A DNA stretch of 64,000 nt, taken from contig JAXGJB010000007.1 in assembly GCA_040770465.1 (NCBI GenBank), positions 20,770-84,769 on the forward strand, read 5' to 3'. Each line of letters begins with the position of its first letter. Within the stretch, counting starts at the first letter, position 1. Shown piece after piece: positions 38,616 through 50,736 of this stretch. Origin of the DNA: Methanothrix sp. (lineage in GTDB: Archaea > Halobacteriota > Methanosarcinia > Methanotrichales > Methanotrichaceae). A model generated the notes under the pieces. That model worked only from the letters and a program-made list of their open reading frames with translations. It ran no database searches and was not told the DNA's origin. The translations under genes and the position numbers were made by a program.

Positions 38616-39532
38616 TGCGATTCCCCCATAAGCATCTTCAGAAGAGCCATCCTCACCGGCACCCCGTAGAAGGACTGCTTGAAGTAGACGGCGTGGCGGG
38701 TCGCGTCCACCTCGGGGGAGATCTCGTCCACCCTCGGGAGAGGATGCATTATGATCAGGCCATCTCTGACACCGTCAAGAGTTTTAGGATCTATCCTGTA
38801 GCTTTTTGCCACCTTCGAGTACTCGTAAGGGTCGGGAAACCTCTCCCTCTGGATCCTGGTCATGTAGAGGACGTCCACCTCCCGGATCACCTCGTCCAGA
38901 TCCCGGGTCTCGCGGACCATCGTCCCCTTCCCCGCCAGGTCCGACTTGATCGGGGCCGGCATATCGAGGGTCGGGGGCGAGACGAGAGTGATGTCGGCGC
39001 CGTAGAGGGCGAGGGCGTAGGCGAGGGAGTGGACGGTTCTGCCGTACTTCAGGTCGCCGACGAGGGCGATCTTGAGGTCCTCGAGGCTGCTCTCCTTCCT
39101 TATGGTGTAGAGGTCCAGGAGGGTCTGGGTGGGGTGGTGGCCAGCGCCGTCCCCGGCGTTGAGGACGGGGACGGGCGAGAACTGGGATGCTAGCCTGGCA
39201 GAGCCCTCCTTGGGGTGGCGGATGACCAGGGCGTCGGCGTATCCCCCGATCACCCGGATGGTGTCGGCAAGGGACTCGCCCTTGGCGATGGCAGACCCCT
39301 CGGCGGGGCCGAGGTTGAGGGTCTTGCCGCCAAGGCGCATCATAGCCGTCTCAAAAGAGAGCCGCGTCCTGGTGCTCGGCTCGAAGAAGAGGAGGGCCAG
39401 GATCTTCCCGGAGAGGGCATCACACCTCCCGCCCCGGGCGTAGGGCTCCAGGGATTCGGCCAGGTCGAGGACGGAGTCGATCTCCTCGCGCGAGAACTCC
39501 CGCATCGAGAGGACGTGCCTCTTCTCAAACAT
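38612..39532 (-). CDS. pyrB: Aspartate carbamoyltransferase catalytic chain
   Basis: FFEPSTRT, HPTQTLLD, MTRIQRER, MHPLPR. Confidence 0.98.
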   Translation of the reverse strand: MFEKRHVLSMREFSREEIDSVLDLAESLEPYARGGRCDALSGKILALLFFEPSTRTRLSFETAMMRLGGKTLNLGPAEGSAIAKGESLADTIRVIGGYADALVIRHPKEGSARLASQFSPVPVLNAGDGAGHHPTQTLLDLYTIRKESSLEDLKIALVGDLKYGRTVHSLAYALALYGADITLVSPPTLDMPAPIKSDLAGKGTMVRETRDLDEVIREVDVLYMTRIQRERFPDPYEYSKVAKSYRIDPKTLDGVRDGLIIMHPLPRVDEISPEVDATRHAVYFKQSFYGVPVRMALLKMLMGESH

Positions 39533-39571
39533 GTTCAAACCAACCGCTGCCTGGGATATAACGCTTCTGGA

Positions 39572-40345
39572 TCAGAAGAACTTGGAGGCGAGGGTATGCC
39601 TCGTCTCACAAGAATCGAGGACGGGGCACCGATCGCAGGGGGCATCCCGCGGCCGGTCGGGAAGCTTTCCGCCGTTGATCGACCTGACGCGGTCCCTGAT
39701 CCGCAGGACGCGCCTGCGGTCGGAAGATCTTATCTCCACCTCCCGGACCTCGCCAACCCTGGGGTACTCGACGATCCCGAAATCGACCCTCCTCTTCGAT
39801 TCATCTTCGAGGAGGATGGCGTATCCGGTCAGGCGGAGCCGGTCGCTCTTCCAGACCCCGGTCTCCGGGGGACGGTCGTTTCTTATAATCGAAGGGATCG
39901 ATACCTCGCCCATCGTCCCATCCCCGGACCCCCTTGATACGATCCGATCGATCCTTCCGGAGAGGCCGAGCCGATCGGACCTGAGGTCCACCTCCACGGT
40001 GCTGGGGGTCAAAAGGTCGAGCCTGGTCGAGAGCTTTGGGGCGATCTCCGGCAGAATCTCGCGGATCTCCTCGGCGGCGGCCCGGAGGTCGTGCTGGTTG
40101 ACGTCTTCCCCGTAGATGACGGGAAGTTCGGACTCGGCTCTGTCGAGGGACTCCAGCAGCCAGGCTTCAAGATCGATCTCGGCGGCCGGATCAAGCTCGG
40201 AGAGGGATAGCGCCACCTCCCTCATGAGAAGATTGGTCGGGCTTTCGGTCTCCGGCCATACCTTCCGGCCCATCGCCTGGAAGTAGACGAGCCGTGGGCA
40301 TCGGAGGTAGAGGGAGATATCGGAGATCCTCACCGTCGGCGGCAT
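39572..40345 (-). CDS. Solo Cas4-like (Dna2/Cas4 PD-(D/E)XK fold) protein
   Basis: YLRCPR, LSGRIDR, C-terminal CDRCPVLDSC four-Cys Fe-S set; no CRISPR or cas1 nearby. Confidence 0.82.
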   Translation of the reverse strand: MPPTVRISDISLYLRCPRLVYFQAMGRKVWPETESPTNLLMREVALSLSELDPAAEIDLEAWLLESLDRAESELPVIYGEDVNQHDLRAAAEEIREILPEIAPKLSTRLDLLTPSTVEVDLRSDRLGLSGRIDRIVSRGSGDGTMGEVSIPSIIRNDRPPETGVWKSDRLRLTGYAILLEDESKRRVDFGIVEYPRVGEVREVEIRSSDRRRVLRIRDRVRSINGGKLPDRPRDAPCDRCPVLDSCETRHTLASKFF

Positions 40346-40518
40346 AAAGATATCAATTGTGCTCCATATTTAAAAAGATATTGAAAGGATTAGACAGGTC
40401 CAGGCTTGAGCCCTCAGTCGAGCATCACTTCACTCTCTCGTTTAATCCGATCGGCTTCGTTGTCCTCAAATACCTTCATATATTTTGGAATATAAGTTTC
40501 AGACAAATGGGGGTTATC

Positions 40519-43197
40519 ATGCTCACTCAGGTCATCGACAGTCGAGCCTATCGAATCTGGTTTGCGATCGCGATCGCATCAATATCGATCATCGGGATAT
40601 CTATGGGAGGTGGTGAAGCCGTGGAGCAGGACGCTTCCGATAGCAAGCTTCCTCTATCAATTGACGATATCGACAATTACGAAACTTTTACATCAAGGGT
40701 GCCGCTCGGCCCGGAGGCCCTCGAACGGCTGGAGGAGAACAGGTTCGTGGTGGTAACTGACCCCTTCTCTCCGAACCGGGATGAGATCACATCCACCTAC
40801 AAGATCCTGAAGAACCTGGAGGTTCCCATCTTCGTATCCTCGGACTCCCTCCTCCACGTCTACCACATCCAGTTCGACGAGACTCTCAGGGAGATCGAAG
40901 AAGACCACTTTTACGACGACCTCTGGATGATCAGCGAGGCGATGCTCGCAAAGTCCGAGGCCGACTACGAAGCATCCTCAGGGGAGGCAAAGGAGGCGGC
41001 GAGGAGGAACGTCGCCTTCTTCTCTGTGGCCTTGAGCCTTCTGTCTCCATCGGAAGACCAGCTCTGCTCTGGAAGCAGCCGGGAGTGCGACGAGGGAAGC
41101 TTCGAGGGGGCGTTTCCCTACTTCACCGCCGAGGAGCTTGAGGATAAGAGCTTCGAGATCCCCCCCCTGGTGAAGGACGAGGCGGAGGCGGAGCTTGCCC
41201 TCATCGAGGGCGGGGCAGGGTTTGCGAAGTCGCCGATATTCGGCTACGATGAAGACTACTCCCAGTACCGACCAAGGGGCCACTACACCCGGTCCGAACG
41301 GCTGAAGAACTACTTCCAGGCGATGATCTGGTACGGGAGGATGAGCTTCCTCCTCAAGGGCTGCGACGGCGACTGCATCATCTCTGAGGGGGAGGCCCGG
41401 ATCCAGACCCTTGGGGCGAGCATGATCGCTCAAAACCTTCTCGACGATCCTGACTCGAAAGATAAGTGGGACCGGATCTACAACGTCACCTCATTTTACG
41501 TCGGCTACTCCGACGACCTCGGCCCATACGAGTACAACGAAGCCATCGACGCCCTCTTCGACGGAGAGGTCTCGGCTCGGGACCTTTCGGGCGATGATCT
41601 CGACCTTCTGAAGGCGAGGCTCGCAGAGGAGAGGCCTCCCCGGATCTACGGCGGAACCGGCGTCGATTCTGCGGCCTGCGCCTCCGAGCCGCCCCTCTCG
41701 CCCGACCAGGCGGACGAGTGTCTTTCGGCCACGGCCGGGTTTCGGTTCATGGGGCAGAGGTTTGTCCCCGACTCCTACGTATTCCAGACCCTGGTGACGC
41801 CGAGCGTCGGCGAGTTTTTCGGCGAGGGGGATCCCTTCACCCTGGGGCCCAGCGGCCGCCACTTCCCCCGAGGCCTCGACGTGATGGCCATCCTCGGCTC
41901 GGAGAGGGCCGACGAGATCCTGGCGGCCACCAGCGACTCAAGCTACGTCGACTACTCGACGAGGCGGGCCGAGCTTGAAGAGGAGTTATCGCCCCTAGGC
42001 GAGGAGGACTGGCAGAAGAACCTCTACTGGTCGTGGCTCTTCGCCCTCAAGCCCCTCCTGGTGGAGCCAGGTCCAGAAAGCCCCGCCTTCATGCAGACGG
42101 TCGCCTGGCAGGACAAAGAGCTGACGACGAGCCTCGCCTCCTGGGCAGAGCTTCGCCACGACACCATCCTCTATGCGAAACAGAGCTACACCCTCAGGGC
42201 CGTCGCCCTCCCGCCCCAGGAGGTTGAAGCGGTCCCAGGATACGTCGAGCCGGTCCCCGAGTTCTACGGGCGGCTCCTCGTCCTCGCTCGGATGAACCGG
42301 GAAGGGCTCGAAGAGGCCGGCCTCCTGGACGAATCCTCAAAAAGCCGGCTTGAGAGCTTTGAGGCCGTTCTTTCGAGGCTGGAAGAGATATCGACGGCGG
42401 AGCTTGAGGGCGTAGAGCTTTCGGCCGACGATATCGAGTTCATAAACGACTTCGGCGAGAGGCTGAACGGGGCGATTGAGGGCGTTGATGACAGGTCGAA
42501 GAAGACGACGATCGTCGCCGACGTCCACACCGACCCGAACTCGGGACAGGTCCTGGAGGAGGGGGTGGGCTACGTGAGGCTCATCATCATTGCCTACGAG
42601 CTTCCCGAGGGCGGCCTTCGTCTTGCCGCGGGGCCGGCATTCAGCTACTACGAGTTCAAGCAGCCCATGGATGACCGGCTCACCGACGAGGCCTGGCGCG
42701 ATATGCTGGTGGACAGCCCACCCGCTGAGCCCGAGTGGACCGGAAGCTTCGCCGACTGGCTCCCTCGGTCGGTCCTGGAGGCCGAGCCGGAGGACGATTT
42801 GGGCGGCGGCAGAGGAGGCGGGTCTCTGGCCGAGGAGGCGACCAAAGAGGCGGCGGCAGAGGAGATGGAGATAGAAGGAGGGATGGATGCCGGGATCGGA
42901 TCCCTCCCCGTATCCACCGATTCCGACTCCGGTCGGGGCGCAGATATCCGTTTGGAGGACTTCCAGGTGAAGATCGGCTGGAACCTGCGAGAGGGCTGGT
43001 ACGCCGACTGCAACATCACCCTCACAAACTATGGGGACTCCGAGGGGACCGCCAGAGTGATCCTGGAAGACGGTGAAGGGAGGGTCCTCCGGGAGCTGGA
43101 GATCCTGGTCCCTCCGAACTCCACCGTCACCGAGGAGGCGTCAGTCGACATCTCAGGGGCGAGCCGGAGGGTGAGCTCGAAGCTGGTGGAGGGATGA
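40519..43197 (+). CDS. Secreted DUF3160-family protein
   Basis: N-terminal hydrophobic helix; EDYSQYRPRGHYT, SWAELRHDTILYAKQSY, GYVEP, VADVHT, YYEF. Confidence 0.88.
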   Translation: MLTQVIDSRAYRIWFAIAIASISIIGISMGGGEAVEQDASDSKLPLSIDDIDNYETFTSRVPLGPEALERLEENRFVVVTDPFSPNRDEITSTYKILKNLEVPIFVSSDSLLHVYHIQFDETLREIEEDHFYDDLWMISEAMLAKSEADYEASSGEAKEAARRNVAFFSVALSLLSPSEDQLCSGSSRECDEGSFEGAFPYFTAEELEDKSFEIPPLVKDEAEAELALIEGGAGFAKSPIFGYDEDYSQYRPRGHYTRSERLKNYFQAMIWYGRMSFLLKGCDGDCIISEGEARIQTLGASMIAQNLLDDPDSKDKWDRIYNVTSFYVGYSDDLGPYEYNEAIDALFDGEVSARDLSGDDLDLLKARLAEERPPRIYGGTGVDSAACASEPPLSPDQADECLSATAGFRFMGQRFVPDSYVFQTLVTPSVGEFFGEGDPFTLGPSGRHFPRGLDVMAILGSERADEILAATSDSSYVDYSTRRAELEEELSPLGEEDWQKNLYWSWLFALKPLLVEPGPESPAFMQTVAWQDKELTTSLASWAELRHDTILYAKQSYTLRAVALPPQEVEAVPGYVEPVPEFYGRLLVLARMNREGLEEAGLLDESSKSRLESFEAVLSRLEEISTAELEGVELSADDIEFINDFGERLNGAIEGVDDRSKKTTIVADVHTDPNSGQVLEEGVGYVRLIIIAYELPEGGLRLAAGPAFSYYEFKQPMDDRLTDEAWRDMLVDSPPAEPEWTGSFADWLPRSVLEAEPEDDLGGGRGGGSLAEEATKEAAAEEMEIEGGMDAGIGSLPVSTDSDSGRGADIRLEDFQVKIGWNLREGWYADCNITLTNYGDSEGTARVILEDGEGRVLRELEILVPPNSTVTEEASVDISGASRRVSSKLVEG

Positions 43198-43215
43198 GCG
43201 GCTCTGCGGGGCGTC

Positions 43216-44860
<1,645 letters not shown>

Positions 44861-45130
44861 CTTACCCGAACTCCCTCTTCCTCTTCATCCTGAAGTTTAA
44901 AATTCTAAGAGCAGGCGCGATATCGTCATCCTGTTGACATTCCAGCTTCCGGCTCTGCCATCAGGATCTCCTCTCCAATTCGATTTAAACTTTTGTGGAG
45001 AGATTTGCCTCTCTTTTGCGTGCTGGAAGGACCCGAGAATTCCCCACTCCTCAAGCTCCCATCGACCTTTGAGCTTTCTTGATTTATAAATCTGGTCGTA
45101 ACGGAGGCTTCGGCCAGGAAACTCGTAAAA

Positions 45131-46150
45131 TCATATCGGAAGATGGAATAGCTCGAATGCCCCCATCATCCGGAGGCCCATGTAGATCATCAGGACCGTG
45201 AATACCGCCCTCAGATGATGGGGCTGAAGCCGGTGGGCGACCCTCACCCCTACGCAGGCGGCAGGGATGCTCGTCCCGGCGAGGAGCGCCATCTGGAGGA
45301 GGTTGACGTATCCGAGGCTGAAAGAGGGGAGGCCCGATGCCCCCAGGCCGTTGAATATGTAGGAGAGGACGCCCCCCGACGACGTCAGGATGATTGCCGC
45401 GTTGGAGGTCCCCACGGCCCGGTGCATCCCAAAGCCCATCGCCGTGGAGAGGACCGGGACCATGATCACCCCGCCCCCGATCCCTATGAGGCCGCATAAA
45501 AAGCCGATGGGCAGGCCCAACAGAAGATAGTTCGAGTCGCTTTTCGCCTCCGGGCCATCTCCTCTGTCAACAAGATCAGCATCGTTTTCGCCAACAGTCC
45601 CACCTTTGCCATCGGTTCCGTCCCCGTCGTCTTCCCACCCGTCTTCTCCACCGCCGTCGTCTCCTCGGACGCTGCCATCCACCCCATCGCCATTCACCCC
45701 ATCGCCATTCACCCCAACAAAATCTTCACATTTCCATCCCGCGCAACAACCCGCGGTCTTGGGTTGGGGGCCTACCAACATCCTAGAGGCTGCCCCGATT
45801 ATCACAACGCCGAAGACGATCCGAAGAAGGGTTCCCGGAGCGTGAGCTGCAGCAACGCCCCCGATGAAGGCGCCGACGAGGCCGGCTCCGCCCAGGAGTA
45901 TGGCAGCCCTCAGGTCGACCGCTCCCCTCTGGCGGTGGCTGCGGGCGGCGTTGGCGGCAGTAGGAAGCGCCACCGCAAGGGCCGTCCCGAAGGAGATCCG
46001 TGTCGCCAACGTCGGCTCGACCCCCGAAGAGGTGAGGACCCAGAACTGGACCGGGACCATGATGAAGCAGCCTCCGACCCCCAGCATACCGGAGGCGGAG
46101 CCAGCGGCAACCCCCGTGATCATGAGGGCGAGGGCGTAGATCAGTTCCAC
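45131..46150 (-). CDS. TauE/SafE (TSUP) family membrane transporter with acidic internal insert
   Basis: GMLGVGGCFIMVP, GLIGIGGGVIMVP, AVGTS; GTG start at 46150. Confidence 0.88.
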   Translation of the reverse strand: MELIYALALMITGVAAGSASGMLGVGGCFIMVPVQFWVLTSSGVEPTLATRISFGTALAVALPTAANAARSHRQRGAVDLRAAILLGGAGLVGAFIGGVAAAHAPGTLLRIVFGVVIIGAASRMLVGPQPKTAGCCAGWKCEDFVGVNGDGVNGDGVDGSVRGDDGGGEDGWEDDGDGTDGKGGTVGENDADLVDRGDGPEAKSDSNYLLLGLPIGFLCGLIGIGGGVIMVPVLSTAMGFGMHRAVGTSNAAIILTSSGGVLSYIFNGLGASGLPSFSLGYVNLLQMALLAGTSIPAACVGVRVAHRLQPHHLRAVFTVLMIYMGLRMMGAFELFHLPI

Positions 46151-46202
46151 ATGCTGACGGAGGGCGGAATGAGATAAAGATATATCTCGCCCTTCCAGGT
46201 AA

Positions 46203-48767
46203 TTGGCTGTGAGACGATCTGGCGATCTTCCGGAACTCCTCGCCCCGGCCGGATCCATGGAGGGGCTCGTGGCCGCCGTCGATTCGGGAGCCGATGCCGT
46301 TTACCTCGCCGGCAAGCGGTTCGGGGCGAGGCACGGCGCTCCAAACTTCGACGATCCCGATCTGGTGAAGGCCATCGATTATGCCCACCTCAGGGGGGTC
46401 AATGTCTACGTCGCCGTCAACACCCTCATCCCCGAGGCGGAGGTCGAAGAGGTCGCACGCCGGCTCGTCTGGCTCTCCGAGGCCGGAGCCGACGCCGTCC
46501 TGGTCCAGGATCTGGGAGTCCTCAGGATCGCAAGAGAGGTCGTCCCGGATCTGGAGCTTCACGCCTCCACCCAGATGACGATATCCAGCCTCGAAGGGGC
46601 GCGGTGGGCCGCCGATGCAGGGCTGAAACGGGCGGTCCTCGCCCGGGAGCTGACCCTTGCCGAGGTGGAGGAGATCGCCAGAGATGCCCCCATCGGCGTC
46701 GAGGTCTTCGTCCACGGCGCCCTATGCTACTCTTACTCCGGCCAGTGTCTCCTCTCCTCGGTCATCGGCGGCAGGAGCGGAAATCGGGGGATGTGCGCCC
46801 AGCCCTGCCGAAAGCCCTACCGTCTCCTGCGGGGCCTGAGCCAGGACGCCTACGGGAGGCCCATCGATCTGGAAGCCGTCCCCCTGAAGGGCAGGTACCT
46901 CCTCTCGACAAAAGACCTGGCCGTCTACTCAAACCTCGCGGATCTTGTGAGGTCCCCCATCGAGGCGCTGAAGATCGAGGGGAGGATGAGGTCGACCGAG
47001 TACGTCCGGGTCGTCGTCTCCATCTACAGGCGGGCTCTTGACGCCATATCCAGGGGCGACTGGTCCCCGTCTGAAGAGGACAAAAGAGACCTCGCCCTCG
47101 CCTTCAACCGGGAGTTCACAGCAGGGTGCATAGGCGGCGCCGATCGTCGAGACCTTGTGAGCACGGCCCGGCCCGACAACCGGGGCCTCCGGATCGGGCG
47201 GGTCGTCGGATGGGACGGTCGCCGGAAGCTGGCCTCGGTGAAGATCGAGGGCGATCTCCATCCAGAGCAGGGGGACGGCCTGGTGATACTCTCCGGCGAA
47301 AAAGAGCACGGGATGGTGGTCAGATCCTCCGCCGGGATGGCTGGGGGTATCTTGAGTCTCGTCACCCAGGAGCCGGTGGATAAGGGGGCTGAGGTCTTCA
47401 TCACCCGGAGATCGGGGCTCGGCAAACGGTTGGGTCAAAAAGCCGGTCCAGAGATCCCCATCGATCTCGAGGTCAGCTGGGAGTCAGGAAGGCCCTCCCT
47501 GGATGGAAGGGTCATCCTGCCGGATGGAAAAGAGGTGAGGTCTGCTCTGACCGCCGACTTCTCGATGGAGCCCGCCAAAAAGCGCCCACTCTCAGAAGAC
47601 CAGATCGGAGCCCAGCTCCGAAAGACCGGGGGCACCCCTTTCATCATCAGGCGGGTGGAGATGGACTATCCGGGCGGGCTCTTCGCCCCCCTGGGAGAGA
47701 TAAACCGGCTGAGGCGGGAGTTTCTGGAGAGGGCTGAGGAGGCGGTCGCCGCTTCTTTCAGGCCTTCAGATGAGGAGGTGAGGGGGGCGAGGGAGAGGCT
47801 TGCTCGTCTCGTCGAGTGGCGGAGGACGGCTCCGAGTTTGACGCCCCTGAAAGGTAAAGGTTCGAAGCCGTCGATCTCGGTCTACGCCGAAACTCTCGAG
47901 ACGGTCGCAGGGGCTGCAGAGGGCGGATGCCGGCGGGTCTACTTCGAGCCGACCGTCGGGATCGCCCCTGAAAGAATGTGTAGACCAGTAAAGACCGACC
48001 CCGACGAGGTGGCCGAGACTCTCCGCCTCGCAAAAGAGATCTGCCGGGGCTGCAACGCCGAGCTTGTCTGGAAGTTGCCGAGGATAGCAAGGCGAAGATA
48101 TCTCGACTTTGCATTCCCCCTCCTTGAGAGGTGCTTCGTTAAGGAGGTGATGGTGGAGGGGGTGGGCCAGGCGGAGCGGGTGATCTCCGCAGCTCCGGAG
48201 ATGAGGCTGTCTGGATCGGTGGGCCTGAACGTCTGGAACAGCCTCGCCGTCGAGGCTCTGGCGCGCCATTTTTGCAGGCTGACCCTCTCGCCGGAGCTCT
48301 CGGCCCGGGAGGTCGAAGAGCTTTCAGCGAGGTCCAGGTCCACCCAGAGCCGCCCCGATCTTGAGGTCATTGTCCAGGGGAACGTCGAGGCGATGGTGGC
48401 CGAAAACTGCCTCCTCTCCTCGGCCCTGGGGTGCAGGTCGGTTTCGGGGGCGGGAAAGGCGTTCTGGGGGATCGAGGACGAGACCGGCAGGGTCTTTCCC
48501 GTGAGAAGGGATGGCGAATGCAGAACTCACATAATGAACGCCGTCGAGCTCTCCCTGATGGACCAGGCGCCGAGGCTCGCCGAGATGGGGATCGGGTCCA
48601 TTGCCATCGACGCCAGGGGGAGGACGGCAGAGTACGCTCGGAGGATGGCCGAGCTGTACGGGGAGGCCCTGGACGGCGGGGACCTCCACCGGCTCAAGGG
48701 TGAGGCTAGGAAGATCTCGATGGGCGGCACCACCGGAGGGGCCTTCCTTCGGGGGAGGAGTGAGTGA
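46203..48767 (+). CDS. U32-family protein with DUF3656 (RlhA-like Fe-S RNA hydroxylase)
   Basis: PELLAPAG, HASTQM, HGALCYSYSGQC...NRGMCAQPCR, LKIEGRM, KTGGTPF, C-terminal TTG. Confidence 0.9.
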   Translation: MAVRRSGDLPELLAPAGSMEGLVAAVDSGADAVYLAGKRFGARHGAPNFDDPDLVKAIDYAHLRGVNVYVAVNTLIPEAEVEEVARRLVWLSEAGADAVLVQDLGVLRIAREVVPDLELHASTQMTISSLEGARWAADAGLKRAVLARELTLAEVEEIARDAPIGVEVFVHGALCYSYSGQCLLSSVIGGRSGNRGMCAQPCRKPYRLLRGLSQDAYGRPIDLEAVPLKGRYLLSTKDLAVYSNLADLVRSPIEALKIEGRMRSTEYVRVVVSIYRRALDAISRGDWSPSEEDKRDLALAFNREFTAGCIGGADRRDLVSTARPDNRGLRIGRVVGWDGRRKLASVKIEGDLHPEQGDGLVILSGEKEHGMVVRSSAGMAGGILSLVTQEPVDKGAEVFITRRSGLGKRLGQKAGPEIPIDLEVSWESGRPSLDGRVILPDGKEVRSALTADFSMEPAKKRPLSEDQIGAQLRKTGGTPFIIRRVEMDYPGGLFAPLGEINRLRREFLERAEEAVAASFRPSDEEVRGARERLARLVEWRRTAPSLTPLKGKGSKPSISVYAETLETVAGAAEGGCRRVYFEPTVGIAPERMCRPVKTDPDEVAETLRLAKEICRGCNAELVWKLPRIARRRYLDFAFPLLERCFVKEVMVEGVGQAERVISAAPEMRLSGSVGLNVWNSLAVEALARHFCRLTLSPELSAREVEELSARSRSTQSRPDLEVIVQGNVEAMVAENCLLSSALGCRSVSGAGKAFWGIEDETGRVFPVRRDGECRTHIMNAVELSLMDQAPRLAEMGIGSIAIDARGRTAEYARRMAELYGEALDGGDLHRLKGEARKISMGGTTGGAFLRGRSE

Positions 48768-48827
48768 GCCCTCCGGACGATGCCTTCTTTTCGAGACGAA
48801 ACGAGGACTGAAAGAGGACTGAAGATT

Positions 48828-49118
48828 ATGGAGACGCCATTTACGAAAGGGCGGCATGAGGCGCTCCGCCCCGACTATCGGAGCGGGATCTGCTGCGTCT
48901 GCGGCCATCTTCTATCAAACCACCTCAAGGACGGGGACGGCTGGAGGTGCAACGAGCGGGGGCTCGACGGGAGGCAGTGCGAGTGCTTCCTCCGGCCGAT
49001 CCTGACGGGGACCGAGCGGGAGAAGGACTTCTACGACCTGGGCTGGAGGATGAACGTCTCGGAACGGGAGATCTGGGAGTTCAAAAAGAGGTTCAGGGAC
49101 TCTTACCGCAGGTGGTGA
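48828..49118 (+). CDS. Small Cys/His-rich, putatively metal-binding protein
   Basis: CCVCGH...H...WRC...QCEC. Confidence 0.7.
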   Translation: METPFTKGRHEALRPDYRSGICCVCGHLLSNHLKDGDGWRCNERGLDGRQCECFLRPILTGTEREKDFYDLGWRMNVSEREIWEFKKRFRDSYRRW

Positions 49119-49154
49119 ACAAAAAAGTAAGGATAGTTTGGAACAGGAGGAGTC

Positions 49155-49853
49155 CTAAGACTGGTAGGGCCCCCTCTCGTTCCCGGAGCTGACGATCTCG
49201 TCGAACTCCTCCTGGGTCAGGACGCTTGGCGAGTACTCGATCCCGCGCCGCTCCAGGTTGTTGACAAAGGCTCGCAGGTGGTTTCTCGACCCCCTCATCA
49301 GAGCCTCGTAGACGAGAATTACGTCTTCGTTGTCCGTCTCCGCCAGCCTATCCTTAAGGTCCTGGATGTCAGTCTCCTCGATGACCGCACCGACCTTGAG
49401 GGCTTCCTCCACCGACGAGTTGCCCTGGGCCACCAGGTCGTCGTAGAGGGCCTGAAGATCCGGGTCTGAGAAGTTTCCAGCATCGAGGATCGGGTCATCG
49501 AGTTCGTACTTTTCTATTAGGGCCCCCACCGATTCCATATGGGTCTCCTCGGCTGCGCCGATGTTCCCGAAGACCCGCAGGCCGTAGGTCTCATTGAAGA
49601 CCTCGTAAGCGTCCCTTGCGAGCTTCTCCTCTTCTCTCATGTAGAGGAGGCCCGAGGTCTCGCTCTCGTTGAGATCCTCTTTCGGCATCGCCTCCACAGC
49701 ATCGCGGATGGAGACTACGTCGAAGAATGTGGCGCTGCTATTGTCCTGAACGTCGGCCGCATCGGAGGGCGACATGGCCAGGGCCCCGGAGGAGGCGAAG
49801 GCAATGAAGGCCGCAAATACGGCCAAAAGATGACTGAATCTCATGACGATCAT
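49155..49853 (-). CDS. Secreted DUF2202 ferritin-like protein
   Basis: Signal peptide; MREEEKLARD, EETHM, IEETDI, GSRNHLRAF. Confidence 0.9.
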   Translation of the reverse strand: MIVMRFSHLLAVFAAFIAFASSGALAMSPSDAADVQDNSSATFFDVVSIRDAVEAMPKEDLNESETSGLLYMREEEKLARDAYEVFNETYGLRVFGNIGAAEETHMESVGALIEKYELDDPILDAGNFSDPDLQALYDDLVAQGNSSVEEALKVGAVIEETDIQDLKDRLAETDNEDVILVYEALMRGSRNHLRAFVNNLERRGIEYSPSVLTQEEFDEIVSSGNERGPYQS

Positions 49854-49953
49854 ATTAGCTGAAATAATATATAAGTTGTCCTGAATGCTCCAGTCACCGC
49901 GCCCTTCTTCAGCCCCGCATGGAGGTTCCCAATCATCAAGCCATCAAGGCTGG

Positions 49954-50361
49954 TCAGAAGGGGATGATCCCCTGGTAGATCTCGGCCCCGAGGACCAGGG
50001 CCTCCTCCACCGAGGCCAGGTCCTTCATCAGGAATATCCGCTCTTCTCTGGTCTCTCCGTGCTCGATGGAGTTTTTCAGAACCGGGGCGTACTTGCTGGA
50101 CCGATCGAGAGAGACGACGTATCCTGCCAGGTCCTCGACGACGAAGAAGTCGAAGCCTCGGGGCTCCAGCTTTTTGATGGCCTCGTCCCTCTCGAACTCG
50201 GTTACAAACTCAAAGCGCCAGTTGTCGCGGTTGTAATGATCGGCCAGATCCTTGAAGATCTCCTTATCCCCGAAGAAGTGCTTGAAGGTCCAGATCCTGC
50301 CCACCTTGAAGACGTTGATCCTGGTCCGCCGCCCGGCGACGTCGAAGGTGCTGGGTTTCAT
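49954..50361 (-). CDS. Conserved archaeal hypothetical protein
   Basis: 135-aa ORF with host-like codon usage; FKHFF...YN...RFE...FLMKD. Confidence 0.75.
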   Translation of the reverse strand: MKPSTFDVAGRRTRINVFKVGRIWTFKHFFGDKEIFKDLADHYNRDNWRFEFVTEFERDEAIKKLEPRGFDFFVVEDLAGYVVSLDRSSKYAPVLKNSIEHGETREERIFLMKDLASVEEALVLGAEIYQGIIPF

Positions 50362-50736
50362 GGATCAAGCTTGAAGGGCGGAGGATAAAAAAGAGACGGA
50401 AGGGAAAAATAGGGGCGGTGCTCTTTTATTACCTCAGGAGCGCATTGGGTCACAAATACCCGACCTTTAGCCATGGAGTGAAAACCGTGGCTCGTTTTTG
50501 TGGTTTTTACAGTGCTGAACCCAAAAAATAGTACTAATTTGGCCAAAAGATGGGCTCATTGATATCGATGATTAGTATCAATCTTTTGGTGCAGCACTAT
50601 AAATATAGCTCTCTTAAGATTCCTAAAGCAATTTCGGACGCATAACCTCCCTATAATAGCCGAAAAAAATTGAAGAGAAATTCCTCCAAAATCTTCATAT
50701 ATCTTAACGTTGGATATGGCGTAGGAGGTGTCCAAT

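Noticed and set aside
39572-40345. CRISPR-Cas locus
   Set aside because: Only a solo Cas4-like gene; no cas1, cas2, effector genes or array.
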